Under the pieces are notes generated by a model, which saw only the letters and a list, made by a program, of their open reading frames with translations, searched no databases and was not told where the DNA came from. Below are positions 47,201-57,480 of a stretch of DNA of 64,000 nucleotides, one piece after another. Source of the DNA: Betaproteobacteria bacterium (GTDB lineage: Bacteria; Pseudomonadota; Gammaproteobacteria; Burkholderiales; Thiobacteraceae); assembly GCA_025361165.1 (NCBI GenBank), contig JANYAU010000115.1, forward strand, positions 836 through 64,835, in the 5' to 3' direction. How positions within the stretch are numbered: position 1 is the first letter of the stretch; every line of letters starts with the position of its first letter. A program made the translations under genes and the position numbers.

Positions 47201-47406
47201 CGGGCCATAGGCAGGGCTGGGTGGAAGGAAGGCTCTTTTTTACTGTCAAGCGGAGCGGGCGCCACCGAGCGCCGCGCGACACAGGCTCACCATCAATATA
47301 ACCCCGCAGCCCGATTGGGGCTCCGGCGGATACGCGCTCAGCAATTGCTTCTGTGCCCAGAATAACTTCGAACGTTTGAATCAATTAGGCAAACAGAACG
47401 TCATAC

Positions 47407-48798
47407 TCACTGCACGACGACTCGATTGCGTCCTTCTCGCTTTGCCCGATACATGCGGCTATCTGCAACCTCGATAACAGATTCATACGTGGTGCCATCG
47501 GGACCGTATTGCGCAGCACCGAAGCTTACCGTGAACCGTAAGCGTGCGCTGCCAACCGTAACAATCTTGCTCTCAACCATGCTTCGCAGCCGTTCAGCCA
47601 CTATTCCGGCAGTCTCGCAGGTAGCGTCAGGAAGTAACAGGGCGAATTCTTCACCGCCGAGCCGGCCAATAAAATCGCTTGGACGTAGAGCCTCTTTTGC
47701 TGTCGCCACAAACACCTCCAGCACCTTATCCCCGGCCTGATGACCGTAGTTGTCGTTAATATGCTTGAAATGATCGAGATCCGCCATGAGCATGGCAAGA
47801 GGTGCCCCACTACGCACAGCGCGCGAGATTTCCTCCGCGGACCGAGCCAGAAATTCCCGGCGGTTCGCGGCTCCCGTTAACGGATCTATCGCGGCCAGAT
47901 TTTCGAGATCTTTGTGGGCGCGCTGCAGCTCAAGCAAAGCGTCCTCCGCACGCGCCTTTTCGGATTTGATCTGATCCATCAGCTCTGTCTGGCTGTATAC
48001 CTTGCTAAAGGATCTGGTGGTCAGGAAAGCCTGGATAACGCCATAGCTCAATGCCATGAAGCCGGACGCAAAAATAACGTGCGCGAGCCACCATTGGTGG
48101 TTCCATATGTGACTCAATATGAAGGAGAGAGACGATTGGGCAAAAAACAGGAGAGACAGCGCGTAAATCGTCATAAGCGGTGACCGAATTCGGCGTGCAA
48201 TGATTATCACGACACAGATCAGCGAAATGCACAAAGCGGCAATTTCCATCACCATGCGCGCCCATGATGCCCATGCCGAGTCCGCCAAAAAGAAGACAAA
48301 GACATTGATTAGCATGAACACGCTAATCCAGAACAGCCAGTAGCTGCCATGCGACCGTTTTCCGATTGCTATTACCTGTCTTTTATAAGTCATCAAGGCT
48401 GCCAGCAAGCAGGTAGCCATGGTGAGGCGAGAGGCGGGACCATACAAGATAAATAGCCAGACGTGATCGTGTGCGCTGCCGGTAAATGCGCCGTGTAGGC
48501 CATAGATGAGGGTAAATCCGAGAAAGGCGAGTGTGAGCCAGCGCAGAAATGCTTCCCCGGAATGCAGATAACAGCGCCACGTGACATACGAAATGAATCC
48601 GCTCTGCAACACCGAAACGCCGATCGCGATTTCGTGGAAAGTGTGGTGTTCGAATCGAAGACCCGGATCTTGGAAAAAATACAAATAGGCAATTGCGAAA
48701 GACGGACTGAGGCCCAAGATAGCCAGTATCAGCGTCGCGTATCCCTTGCTTAGGGTGCGAACGAAATCTCGAGGTTCGCGAGCATGAGTTATTGACAT
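47407..48798 (-). CDS. membrane-anchored diguanylate cyclase (multi-TM N-terminal sensor + GGDEF)
   Basis: 463 aa with about 8 hydrophobic spans, a coiled linker, then a GGDEF domain with GGEEF. Confidence 0.9.
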   Translation of the reverse strand: MSITHAREPRDFVRTLSKGYATLILAILGLSPSFAIAYLYFFQDPGLRFEHHTFHEIAIGVSVLQSGFISYVTWRCYLHSGEAFLRWLTLAFLGFTLIYGLHGAFTGSAHDHVWLFILYGPASRLTMATCLLAALMTYKRQVIAIGKRSHGSYWLFWISVFMLINVFVFFLADSAWASWARMVMEIAALCISLICVVIIIARRIRSPLMTIYALSLLFFAQSSLSFILSHIWNHQWWLAHVIFASGFMALSYGVIQAFLTTRSFSKVYSQTELMDQIKSEKARAEDALLELQRAHKDLENLAAIDPLTGAANRREFLARSAEEISRAVRSGAPLAMLMADLDHFKHINDNYGHQAGDKVLEVFVATAKEALRPSDFIGRLGGEEFALLLPDATCETAGIVAERLRSMVESKIVTVGSARLRFTVSFGAAQYGPDGTTYESVIEVADSRMYRAKREGRNRVVVQ

Positions 48799-48898
48799 GC
48801 TATTGCCTAGGGCTCATACGGCGGTCTCCAGCCTAACATAAAGTGTGCCGCCCTATAGAGGGTGAGTGGTGGCGAAGCGCAACACGCTCCCATTTTGC

Positions 48899-50035
48899 TT
48901 ACACAATATCGAGATGATCAAGCCCGGACATGATGTCCCGATCTTTCGATTCCTGTCCGTGCAGTTTGATCTTAAGCCGCAGGTCGTTGAGCGAGTCGGC
49001 GTTTCTGAGTGCGTCTTCGTAGGTAATGAGTCCCGCTTCGTAGAGTTCGAACAAGTGCTGGTCGAAGGTTTGCATACCGAGTTCGCGCGATTTGGCCATG
49101 ACTTCTTTGATTTCGTGCACCGCGCCTTTGAAAATCAAGTCGGCGATGAAGGGCGAGTTGAGCATGACTTCCACGGCGGCGACGCGGCCTTTACCTTCGC
49201 GGCGCGGGATTAGGCGCTGCGAGATGAAGGCTTTGAGGTTGAGCGATAAATCCATCAGTAACTGTGAGCGGCGCTCTTCGGGGAAGAAGTTAATAATCCG
49301 ATCCAACGCTTGGTTTGCGCTGTTGGCGTGCAGCGTGGACAGGCACAAGTGGCCGGTTTCGGCGAAGGCGATGGCGTAATCCATGGTCTCGCGGTCACGG
49401 ATCTCGCCGATCAAAATCACATCCGGCGCTTGACGCAGGGTATTTTTCAGCGCCGAGAACCAGCCGTCGGTATCTACGCCGACTTCGCGCTGGGTGATGA
49501 TGCTTTTTTTGTGCTCATGCACGTATTCGATCGGATCTTCGATGGTGATGATGTGATCCTGCGCATGCTCGTTGCGAAAGCCGACCATGGCCGCGAGCGA
49601 AGTGGATTTGCCGGAGCCGGTGCCACCGACGAAAATCACCAGGCCGCGCTTGGTCATGGACACGTCGCGCAGCACTTCCGGCAAGTTCAGTTCTTCAAAC
49701 GAGGGAATAGTGGAATTGATCTGGCGCAGCACGACGCCCACCCGCGCTTGTTGGATGAAAGTGTTGACGCGAAAACGCCCGATATCCGGCGGGGCGATGG
49801 CGAAGTTGCATTCCTTGGTCGACTCGAACTCGTTGGCCTGTTTGTCGTTCATGATGGAGCGCGCCAGTTCCATCGTGTGCTGCGGGGTGAGAGTTTGGTT
49901 GGAGACGGGCGTGATGCGGCCATCGATTTTCAGCGCCGGCGGAAAGCCGGCGGTGATGAATAGGTCAGAGGATTTCTTGCTGACCATGAGGCGCAGCAAG
50001 TCGTGAATAAATTTCTGTGCTTGTTCCCGATCCAT
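48899..50035 (-). CDS. pilU: type IV pilus retraction ATPase PilU
   Basis: 378 aa PilT-family member with Walker A GGTGSGKST, immediately downstream of pilT. Confidence 0.9.
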   Translation of the reverse strand: MDREQAQKFIHDLLRLMVSKKSSDLFITAGFPPALKIDGRITPVSNQTLTPQHTMELARSIMNDKQANEFESTKECNFAIAPPDIGRFRVNTFIQQARVGVVLRQINSTIPSFEELNLPEVLRDVSMTKRGLVIFVGGTGSGKSTSLAAMVGFRNEHAQDHIITIEDPIEYVHEHKKSIITQREVGVDTDGWFSALKNTLRQAPDVILIGEIRDRETMDYAIAFAETGHLCLSTLHANSANQALDRIINFFPEERRSQLLMDLSLNLKAFISQRLIPRREGKGRVAAVEVMLNSPFIADLIFKGAVHEIKEVMAKSRELGMQTFDQHLFELYEAGLITYEDALRNADSLNDLRLKIKLHGQESKDRDIMSGLDHLDIV

Positions 50036-50082
50036 GATGCTCTCCTAGGTGCCCCTGCGCCGCGACGGGAAGGGGCGGTATC

Positions 50083-51120
50083 TTATATTTTCGCGTCTTT
50101 GCGCGCCGCTTTGCGTGCTTCCGTTTCGGTAATAACGTTGCGCCGCACCATGTCTTGCAGGCATTGCTCCATGGTCTGCATCCCGAGCGCTTGGCCGGTT
50201 TGAATCGAGGAATACATTTGCGCGACTTTATTTTCGCGAATCAGGTTGCGGATCGCCGGGGTGCCGATCATGATCTCGTGCGCAGCGACGCGGCCGCTAC
50301 CGTCCTTGGTTTTGAGTAGCGTTTGCGCGATTACCGAACGCAAACTTTCCGATAGCATGGCGCGCACCATGTCTTTTTCCGCTGCGGGGAACACGTCCAC
50401 GATACGGTCCACGGTTTTCGCCGCGGAGCTGGTGTGCAGCGTGGCGAATACTAAGTGGCCGGTTTCGGCCGCGGTAAGCGCCAAACGGATGGTTTCCAAA
50501 TCGCGCAATTCGCCCACCAAAATCACGTCCGGGTCTTCGCGTAGCGCGGAGCGCAGGGCGTTGGTGAAGGATAAGGTGTGCGGGCCGACTTCGCGCTGGT
50601 TGATCAAACACTTTTTGCTTTCATGCACGAATTCGATCGGATCTTCCAGGGTCAGGATATGGCCATAATCGTCCTCGTTCACCTGGTTGACCATCGCCGC
50701 CAGCGTGGTGGATTTGCCGGAGCCGGTGGGGCCGGTCACGAGCACGATGCCGTTGGGTTGCTGGCACAGTTCTTTAAAGATGGGCGGTGAGTTCAACTGC
50801 TCCAGCGTCAGCACTTTAGAGGGAATGGTACGGAAGGCCGCCGCCGCACCGCGTTGCTGGTTGAAAGCGTTGACGCGGAAGCGCGCCAGGTTGGGAATCT
50901 CGAACGAGAAATCGACTTCGAGATTTTCTTCGAAGTGTTTGCGTTGCCCGTCGTTCATGATGTCGTACACCATGCCATGCACGCCCTTGTGGTCGAGCGG
51001 CTCGACGTTGATACGGCGAATATCGCCGTTTACTCGGATCAGCGGTGGCAGACCTGCCGAGAGATGCAGGTCGGAGGCCTTGTTTTTGACCGAGAAGGCC
51101 AGCAGATCGGCGATTTCCAT
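50083..51120 (-). CDS. pilT: type IV pilus twitching motility ATPase PilT
   Basis: 345 aa with GPTGSGKSTT and the AIRNLIRE motif. Confidence 0.95.
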   Translation of the reverse strand: MEIADLLAFSVKNKASDLHLSAGLPPLIRVNGDIRRINVEPLDHKGVHGMVYDIMNDGQRKHFEENLEVDFSFEIPNLARFRVNAFNQQRGAAAAFRTIPSKVLTLEQLNSPPIFKELCQQPNGIVLVTGPTGSGKSTTLAAMVNQVNEDDYGHILTLEDPIEFVHESKKCLINQREVGPHTLSFTNALRSALREDPDVILVGELRDLETIRLALTAAETGHLVFATLHTSSAAKTVDRIVDVFPAAEKDMVRAMLSESLRSVIAQTLLKTKDGSGRVAAHEIMIGTPAIRNLIRENKVAQMYSSIQTGQALGMQTMEQCLQDMVRRNVITETEARKAARKDAKI

Positions 51121-51206
51121 TTATAATCCCTTCCAGTTTTGCGAGTGCACTGCGCGGATGAGTTTACGGCAACAATGCTGCGCGCTTGAGCCTCGGCCGA
51201 CTCATT

Positions 51207-51896
51207 ATGACAACAATCTCAAACGCATTGCAAGCTGCACGGACGCGGATTTCAGCCGCGGCGGCACAATGTGGCCGCGATCCGGAATCGATTATCTTGC
51301 TAGCGGTCTCCAAGACCGTCAGTCCGGAGACGATCCGCATTGCTTATGGCGTCGGTCAGCGCGCCTTCGGCGAGAGCTATGCGCAGGAGGCCCTGGATAA
51401 AATCGCGGCGCTCCCGGATCTGGATATTGTGTGGCATTTCATCGGCCCGCTACAAAGCAATAAGACCAAATTGATCGCGGAAAACTTCGCTTGGGCGCAT
51501 AGTGTGGAGCGCGTGAAAATCGCGCAGCGCTTATCCGATCAACGGCCTGACAGCTTGCCACCGCTAAATTTGTGCTTGCAAGTGAATGTGAGTGGCGAGG
51601 GGAGTAAAAGCGGGGTTGCAGCGTCGGAAGTGGCGGCATTGGCGCAAGCCGTCGCCACATTACCCAAAATTAAACTGCGTGGTTTGATGGCAATTCCCGA
51701 AGCAACTGGAGATAGCGCCAAACAGCATGCGCAATTTCGTTTGCTGCGCGAACTGTACGGTCAACTGATTGCGCAGGGTCACGCGCTGGATACGCTGTCG
51801 ATGGGCATGTCCGGCGATTTGGAAGCGGCGATCGCCGGGGGCGCGACTATCGTGCGCTTGGGATCGGCGATTTTTGGGGAACGAAAAAAAGCATGA
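51207..51896 (+). CDS. yggS: YggS-family pyridoxal-phosphate homeostasis protein
   Basis: LLAVSKT lysine motif and a C-terminal VRLGSAIFG. ATG 51207 is preferred over TTG 51186. Confidence 0.92.
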   Translation: MTTISNALQAARTRISAAAAQCGRDPESIILLAVSKTVSPETIRIAYGVGQRAFGESYAQEALDKIAALPDLDIVWHFIGPLQSNKTKLIAENFAWAHSVERVKIAQRLSDQRPDSLPPLNLCLQVNVSGEGSKSGVAASEVAALAQAVATLPKIKLRGLMAIPEATGDSAKQHAQFRLLRELYGQLIAQGHALDTLSMGMSGDLEAAIAGGATIVRLGSAIFGERKKA

Positions 51897-51898
51897 AA

Positions 51899-51962
51899 CG
51901 CGAAGGACGCAAAGGAAAAACTTTCATTTCATTTTCCTTTGCGTACCTTTGCGTCCTTCGCG
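51899..51962. repeat. REP-like hairpin built from tandem 9-mers (CGCRAAGGA units)
   Basis: A perfect 17-bp inverted repeat, CGCGAAGGACGCAAAGG (51899-51915) with CCTTTGCGTCCTTCGCG (51946-51962). An additional CCTTTGCGT unit allows register slippage. Confidence 0.75.
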
Positions 51963-51981
51963 GTAAAAATAGGAACTTAAA

Positions 51982-52797
51982 ATGAAAATTACTTTTATCG
52001 GCGGCGGCAATATGGCCGGCGCCTTGATCGGCGGTTTGGTGCAGCAAGGCTTCAATCCCAGCGATGTGCGGGTGGTGGAAGTCGACTCCGATACGCGCGC
52101 TTCGCTCACGCGTGCCTTCGAGCTGAAGACGTATTCCAAAATCAGTGCTGAAGCGGTAAACACAAATCTCATCGTGTTGGCGGTGAAGCCGCAGCAGTTA
52201 TGCGCGGTGGCGGGGGAGTTGCAGCCCTTGTTGCGCGAGCAGTTGGTGATTTCGATTGCCGCCGGCGTGCGCACCCAAGACTTGGCGCGCTGGCTGGGTG
52301 GTTATGCGCGCATCGTGCGGGCTATGCCGAATACGCCGGCCTTGGTGCGTGCTGGTGTCACCGGTTTGTATGCGCTTCCGGGCGTGAACGCAGAGGGTCG
52401 CCAACAGGCGCAACAAGTAATGGAAGCGGTCGGCGCCTGCGTGTGGTTCGCGGACGAAGCACATATGGATGCGGTGACGGCGGTTTCCGGCAGCGGCCCG
52501 GCCTATGTGTTTTATTTTATCGAGGCGCTGGAGGCGGCGGCGGTCGAGTTGGGCTTAAGTCCTGAGCAGGGGCGCGAATTGGCGCTGACAACCTTCCTCG
52601 GTGCAGCGCAACTCGCGCGTTCCAGCCACGATGATCCGGCGACGCTACGCGCCAAAGTCACTTCAAAAGGCGGTACCACAGAACGGGCGATTCAAGCTCT
52701 GGAGGAATCGGGCGTTAAGGATTTGATTCGCGGCGCGGTGCGCGCCGCAGCCCAACGTTCCCATGAGTTGGGCGATGAACTCGGAAAACAAGGCTAA
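51982..52797 (+). CDS. proC: pyrroline-5-carboxylate reductase
   Basis: 271 aa with N-terminal FIGGGNMA and C-terminal SKGGTTE. Confidence 0.96.
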   Translation: MKITFIGGGNMAGALIGGLVQQGFNPSDVRVVEVDSDTRASLTRAFELKTYSKISAEAVNTNLIVLAVKPQQLCAVAGELQPLLREQLVISIAAGVRTQDLARWLGGYARIVRAMPNTPALVRAGVTGLYALPGVNAEGRQQAQQVMEAVGACVWFADEAHMDAVTAVSGSGPAYVFYFIEALEAAAVELGLSPEQGRELALTTFLGAAQLARSSHDDPATLRAKVTSKGGTTERAIQALEESGVKDLIRGAVRAAAQRSHELGDELGKQG

Positions 52798-52838
52798 TCC
52801 CTTGAGTTATCTGGCTAATACTGTGAAAATATCAAATC

Positions 52839-53414
52839 ATGCTCATCGACGCCCTGATTTTTCTTCTCGACAGCGTGGCCACCGCATTCGTGGCGGTGCT
52901 GCTATTGCGGTTTCACTTACAAGTGACGCGCGCACCGTTTAACAATCCGCTTTCCCAATTTGCCATGGCGCTCACCGATTTCGCAGTGAAACCGGTGCGG
53001 CGCGTGGTGCCTGGTTTGTGGGGCATGGATCTGGCTACGCTCGTGATTGCGTGGCTGACCGAGTGCGTGTTGATCTTACTCGTGGTGGCGCTCGCGGGTC
53101 GCTTCGGGGGCTTGGGTGTGGCCGCGCTCGCCGGCATTGCGCTGATTGGTTTGTTGGAGGTGGCTAAAATTGCGCTGTGGATGGTGATCTTGTTGCAATT
53201 CATGCTATTCGTGGTGAGCTTCGCCAATCCTCATAGCCCTTATATGTCGCTGCTCAACGCGATGAACCGCCCGTTTGCGCGCCGGATTCAAAAAATTCTG
53301 CCGCCGATAGGCAATATCGATTTGTCGCCCATGGTGGTCGTGTTGCTTTGCTCCGTGTTGTTGAACTTCATCCTGCCCTGGCTCGCCGGGCAGGTTCGCG
53401 TGGGGTTAATGTGA
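52839..53414 (+). CDS. yggT: YggT family membrane protein
   Basis: 191 aa multi-TM protein, after proC as in yggS-proC-yggT clusters. Confidence 0.85.
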   Translation: MLIDALIFLLDSVATAFVAVLLLRFHLQVTRAPFNNPLSQFAMALTDFAVKPVRRVVPGLWGMDLATLVIAWLTECVLILLVVALAGRFGGLGVAALAGIALIGLLEVAKIALWMVILLQFMLFVVSFANPHSPYMSLLNAMNRPFARRIQKILPPIGNIDLSPMVVVLLCSVLLNFILPWLAGQVRVGLM

Positions 53415-53415
53415 C

Positions 53416-53712
53416 GTGGCAAGCTGGTATCGGCGTGATGATAAGCGAGGTTGTCTCGTGCTGACCTTGCACCTACAACCTGGCGCGCGTGCGACCCAGG
53501 TGGTGGGCCCATACGCCGATGCGCTCAAGATCCAAGTGCAGTCGGCGCCCATTGAAGGTCAGGCGAATGCGTCGTTGGTGAAATTCTTAGCGCAGGCCTT
53601 TCAAGTGCCCACTAGCCAAGTAGTGTTGAAGCAAGGTAGCCGCAGCCGGCGCAAAGTGGTGGAAATTTACGCTTCCGCAATCGTGCCGGACGCTTTATGG
53701 GCGAGTGTATGA
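53416..53712 (+). CDS. yggU: DUF167 (YggU) family protein
   Basis: 98 aa with P.A.......G.....LK..V.A.P..G.AN..L..FLA typical of DUF167. Confidence 0.85.
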   Translation: MASWYRRDDKRGCLVLTLHLQPGARATQVVGPYADALKIQVQSAPIEGQANASLVKFLAQAFQVPTSQVVLKQGSRSRRKVVEIYASAIVPDALWASV

Positions 53713-55652
53713 GCGCACGGTTGGAACAGCAGGTTCAAGATTACCAGCAGTGGCGCGACGAGCTCGTAACCGCGATTACCAGCTATCAAGCGTGGCTCGA
53801 CGACCACAGTGAATTTGAGGCGCAGCAATCGCTCAAGATCTTCGACTTAGTGGAAAGCTTGAAGCAAGATCATGTCACGCTGGCGTTCGTGGCCGAGTTC
53901 TCGCGTGGCAAGAGTGAACTGATTAATGCCTTGTTCTTCGCCGATTTTAAGCAGCGTTTGCTGCCTTCGGACGCCGGACGCACTACCATGTGTCCGACGG
54001 AGCTGTTCTACGATCCGCGTGAAGAGCCTTTTATTCGCCTGTTGCCGATCGAGACGCGCTATCGCGACGAGACCATCAGTCAGCTCAAGCGCAAACCCAT
54101 TGAATGGGTGAGCACCAAGCTGAATCTCGGCTCCGCCAGCGAGATGATGGAGGCGCTGCAAAGTCTAACCCAAACCAAACTCGTGGCTAAAGTCGAGGCC
54201 CGCACCTTGGGTTTATGGGACGACCAAGACCCGGCGCTGCAAGATATGCTGCGCCCCGGTGACAGAGTGGAGATCCCGGCCTGGCGTCACGCGTTAATTA
54301 ATTACCCACACCCCTTGCTGAAAAGCGGGCTGGCGATTCTGGATACGCCGGGGCTGAATGCCTTGGGCGCGGAACCGGAATTGACGCTCTCCATGATCCC
54401 CAATGCGCATGCGGTGCTGTTCCTGCTCGCGCTCGATACCGGCGTCACTAAATCCGATATGGAAATTTGGCAAAAGCACGTGCGGGCACAGGCCAAACAC
54501 ACCATCGCCGTGTTGAATAAAATCGATGTGCTGTGGGATGATCTTAAGCCGTGGGAAAAAATTCAGGAGAGTGTGCAGCGCCAGCAGCAGGCCACTGCGC
54601 AGATGCTCGGCTTGCCGATCGCCAATGTGCTGGCGCTTTCGGCGCAGAAGGCGCTGGTCGCTAAAATCAAAGGCGATGCAGCCTTGCTCGCCAAGAGCGG
54701 TATCGAGCGCTTGGAACAGATGCTCGCCAACGATATCATTCCCCGGCGGCGTGAAATTTTGCGCAAGAGCGTCACCCAGGAAATCGGCGCGATGGTGCTC
54801 GCGTCCTACAATAGCGTACGCCAACAGCTTGTCGCCACGCGCCACGAGCAAAAAGAGTTGTCCTCGCTCTCCGGCAAGAACAAAGAAGTCATTCACAAAA
54901 TGCTCACCATGCTGGATCAAGACCGTGGCAGCTACGACGAAACAGTGAAATCCTTTAATGTCACGCGCGGTGTAATCACCCAGCAAGGGCGCATGCTGCT
55001 CAATAATTTGAGCATCAATCGTTTGGACGAAATTCTGGAAAAAGCCCACGGTTCGATCAAAGGTAGTTGGACGACCTCGGGTTTATCGCGTGGCATGCAA
55101 CAACTCATCCGGCAGACCGCGCACCAATATCAACACATTCACAAACACGCCAAACAGATCAAAGGCCTGGTAGATGCGGCCTATATTCGCTTTCATGTGA
55201 AGCACGGCTTCGAGCGCTGCAATGCGCCAGAATTCAGCATCGATCAACATATGGAAGCGATTCGCAGTCTCGCGCAGCGTTCCGAGGAATTTTGCCGCGA
55301 CCCGATCAATATCATGACCGAGAAGCACTTCCTGATTCGCAAATTCTTCTTAAGCGTGGCGGGCGAGGCGCGGGTCATTTTCGAACGCACCCACGTCGAA
55401 TGCGAAGCCTGGCTCAGGAACGTGCTCGCCCCGCTCATCACGCAGATCAACGATCACAAAATCCAGATCGAGCGCCGCTTGGATAATATCAAAAAAATCC
55501 ACGACAACATCGATTCGCTGCAAGACCGTTTGGCCGAACTGGAGTCCATACAATCCACACTTAGTACGCAACTCACCGTGCTCGAAGGTATCCTCACTAA
55601 GTTGCAACGGCCGCGCGATCCGGAACCGGTTCCGCAGAGGACAGGAACCTAG
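53709..55652 (+). CDS. bacterial dynamin-like GTPase
   Basis: Walker A/G1 AEFSRGKS, G3 LDTPG and G4 NKID, followed by a long helical C-terminal half. An ATGA overlap with the yggU stop favours ATG 53709 over 53697. Confidence 0.8.
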   Translation: MSARLEQQVQDYQQWRDELVTAITSYQAWLDDHSEFEAQQSLKIFDLVESLKQDHVTLAFVAEFSRGKSELINALFFADFKQRLLPSDAGRTTMCPTELFYDPREEPFIRLLPIETRYRDETISQLKRKPIEWVSTKLNLGSASEMMEALQSLTQTKLVAKVEARTLGLWDDQDPALQDMLRPGDRVEIPAWRHALINYPHPLLKSGLAILDTPGLNALGAEPELTLSMIPNAHAVLFLLALDTGVTKSDMEIWQKHVRAQAKHTIAVLNKIDVLWDDLKPWEKIQESVQRQQQATAQMLGLPIANVLALSAQKALVAKIKGDAALLAKSGIERLEQMLANDIIPRRREILRKSVTQEIGAMVLASYNSVRQQLVATRHEQKELSSLSGKNKEVIHKMLTMLDQDRGSYDETVKSFNVTRGVITQQGRMLLNNLSINRLDEILEKAHGSIKGSWTTSGLSRGMQQLIRQTAHQYQHIHKHAKQIKGLVDAAYIRFHVKHGFERCNAPEFSIDQHMEAIRSLAQRSEEFCRDPINIMTEKHFLIRKFFLSVAGEARVIFERTHVECEAWLRNVLAPLITQINDHKIQIERRLDNIKKIHDNIDSLQDRLAELESIQSTLSTQLTVLEGILTKLQRPRDPEPVPQRTGT

Positions 55653-55715
55653 GAAAGTGGGTGCCTCAGCGAGCCCTGACGCAACTTACGGGGTGGCCGC
55701 CGCAGGCGCTACTGA

Positions 55716-56321
55716 TCAAAGTGTATTTTCGAGCCTTACGACAAGTTCACGTGCGACTATTTCCAGGCTTGTTTCTATCCCCAGCACGGACAGTTGCGTC
55801 ACTTCCAGCCCTTCGTAGCCACAAGGATTGATGTGGCTGAAAGGCGTGAGATCCATATCCACGTTCAATGCCAGTCCATGGTAGCTCATGCCGTGCTTGA
55901 TACGTAGGCCGAGCGCGGCGATTTTGGCATGGGCGACGTAGACGCCGGGAGCTTTGGCGCGACGTGTGGCTGGGATACCGTAGCCGGCAAGTAAGTCGAT
56001 GATCGCTTGCTCCATGCGATTGACTAACTCCCGCACGCCGTAGCCGCGGCGTTTTAAATCCAGCAGCAGATACGCCACGAGTTGCCCTGGGCCATGATAG
56101 GTGACTTGCCCGCCACGGTCGATGGCGATGACGGGAATAGTGGATTCGCGCAGAAGGTGCTCGCGTTTTCCGGCAAGGCCGAGAGTGAACACCGGAGCAT
56201 GTTGCAGCAGCCAAATTTCATCTGGTGTGTCGTCAGTGCGCGCCGCGGTAAAGGTTTGCATCGCACGCCAGGTAGGCTCTAGGTCGACCAGGCCGAGATG
56301 TTTCACTTGTAAATTGATCAC
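55716..56321 (-). CDS. lipB: lipoyl(octanoyl) transferase
   Basis: 201 aa with [12 protein letters not shown] and the catalytic region PCG. Confidence 0.95.
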   Translation of the reverse strand: MINLQVKHLGLVDLEPTWRAMQTFTAARTDDTPDEIWLLQHAPVFTLGLAGKREHLLRESTIPVIAIDRGGQVTYHGPGQLVAYLLLDLKRRGYGVRELVNRMEQAIIDLLAGYGIPATRRAKAPGVYVAHAKIAALGLRIKHGMSYHGLALNVDMDLTPFSHINPCGYEGLEVTQLSVLGIETSLEIVARELVVRLENTL

Positions 56322-56324
56322 GCG

Positions 56325-56588
56325 CTAAAGAACCATTTTTACCAAAGGATGCGCACCCAGTTCGCGGTACAGCGCATCGAGCTGGGCTTGTGAAGTCGCC
56401 GTGATGGTGCAGGTGATGCCGAGATAACGCCCCTGCTTGCTCGGGCGCATTTCGGTGCTGGCGGCGTCGAAATCGGGGACATGCTTGACGACGATAGAGA
56501 CGATAGCCTGAACGAAACCGTGTTGCGCCTCACCCATTATTTTGATGGGGAAGGAAGTGGGGAATTCGAGTAAGGTGGTTTTTTCCAA
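56325..56588 (-). CDS. ybeD: DUF493 (YbeD) family protein
   Basis: 87 aa with FPIKIMG, upstream of lipB as in many proteobacteria. Confidence 0.88.
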   Translation of the reverse strand: MEKTTLLEFPTSFPIKIMGEAQHGFVQAIVSIVVKHVPDFDAASTEMRPSKQGRYLGITCTITATSQAQLDALYRELGAHPLVKMVL

Positions 56589-56628
56589 AATTCGCTTCTC
56601 CGCGTCTTCCGCGGTTAAGAACGGAGAT

Positions 56629-57480
56629 TTAATCCGCTTGCCGCATCACCGTTGCTTTGTAGTTCTGATACAGCGCATCCATGCGCTTGAACAACGGCCC
56701 CGGCTGCCCCTTGCCCACGGGCTGGCCGTCGAGCACCGTAATCGGCAGCACTTCGCGCGTGGAAGACGTGAGCCAGAGCTCGTTGGCGCTACGCAGGGCG
56801 GCTTCCGGCACGGGGCCGACTTGGGTGGGAATGCCCTCGGCTTGCGCTAATTCCAATACCAAATCGTAGGTGATGCCGGGCAGCATCAAGTGGTTTTTCG
56901 GCGGTGCGAGCACGACGCCGTTTTGCACCACGAAAATATTACTCGCCGCACCTTCGGTCATGAAGCCCTCGCGCAGCAGCACTGCTTCCATGGTACCGGC
57001 TTCCACCGCGGATTGGCGCAGCAGGACGTTGGGCAGTAGCGAAATCGATTTGATGTCGCAGCGCAGCCAGCGGTTGTCGATGGTGGTGATGGCGGCCACG
57101 CCGCTGCTTTTCAATTCTGCGGCGGGCGGCAGCAGCGGGCTACTCATCATAAACACCGTGGGCGTTACCACTTTGGGAAAAGCATGGTCGCGCTTGGCCA
57201 CGCCGCGCGTGATGTGCAAGTAGAGATATTGATCCGCCCCCTCGTTGCAAGCGATCAATTCCTCGATCAGCGCGCCCCATTCGGCATCGGTATGCGGGTT
57301 TTTCAGGCTGATTGCGTCGAGACTATTTTGCAGCCGGCGTAAATGTTCGGCCAGACGAAATGGCCGGCGCGAATAAACGGGAATGACTTCATACACACCA
57401 TCGCCGAAAATGAAGCCGCGATCCAGCACCGGGATCGTCGCCTCTTCCAGCGGCATGAAACGGCCGTTGAGGTGGATCAT
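56629..57480 (-). CDS. dat: D-amino-acid (class IV) aminotransferase
   Basis: RGFIFGDGVYEV and class IV fold motifs. ATG 57480 forms an ATGA overlap with the dacC stop. Confidence 0.88.
   Translation of the reverse strand: MIHLNGRFMPLEEATIPVLDRGFIFGDGVYEVIPVYSRRPFRLAEHLRRLQNSLDAISLKNPHTDAEWGALIEELIACNEGADQYLYLHITRGVAKRDHAFPKVVTPTVFMMSSPLLPPAAELKSSGVAAITTIDNRWLRCDIKSISLLPNVLLRQSAVEAGTMEAVLLREGFMTEGAASNIFVVQNGVVLAPPKNHLMLPGITYDLVLELAQAEGIPTQVGPVPEAALRSANELWLTSSTREVLPITVLDGQPVGKGQPGPLFKRMDALYQNYKATVMRQAD

Noticed and set aside
47136-47384. 82-aa minus-strand ORF downstream of the membrane GGDEF gene
   Set aside because: It overlaps the 3' end of the RlmL-like gene by 65 nt on the opposite strand, has no RBS and its sequence is unremarkable.
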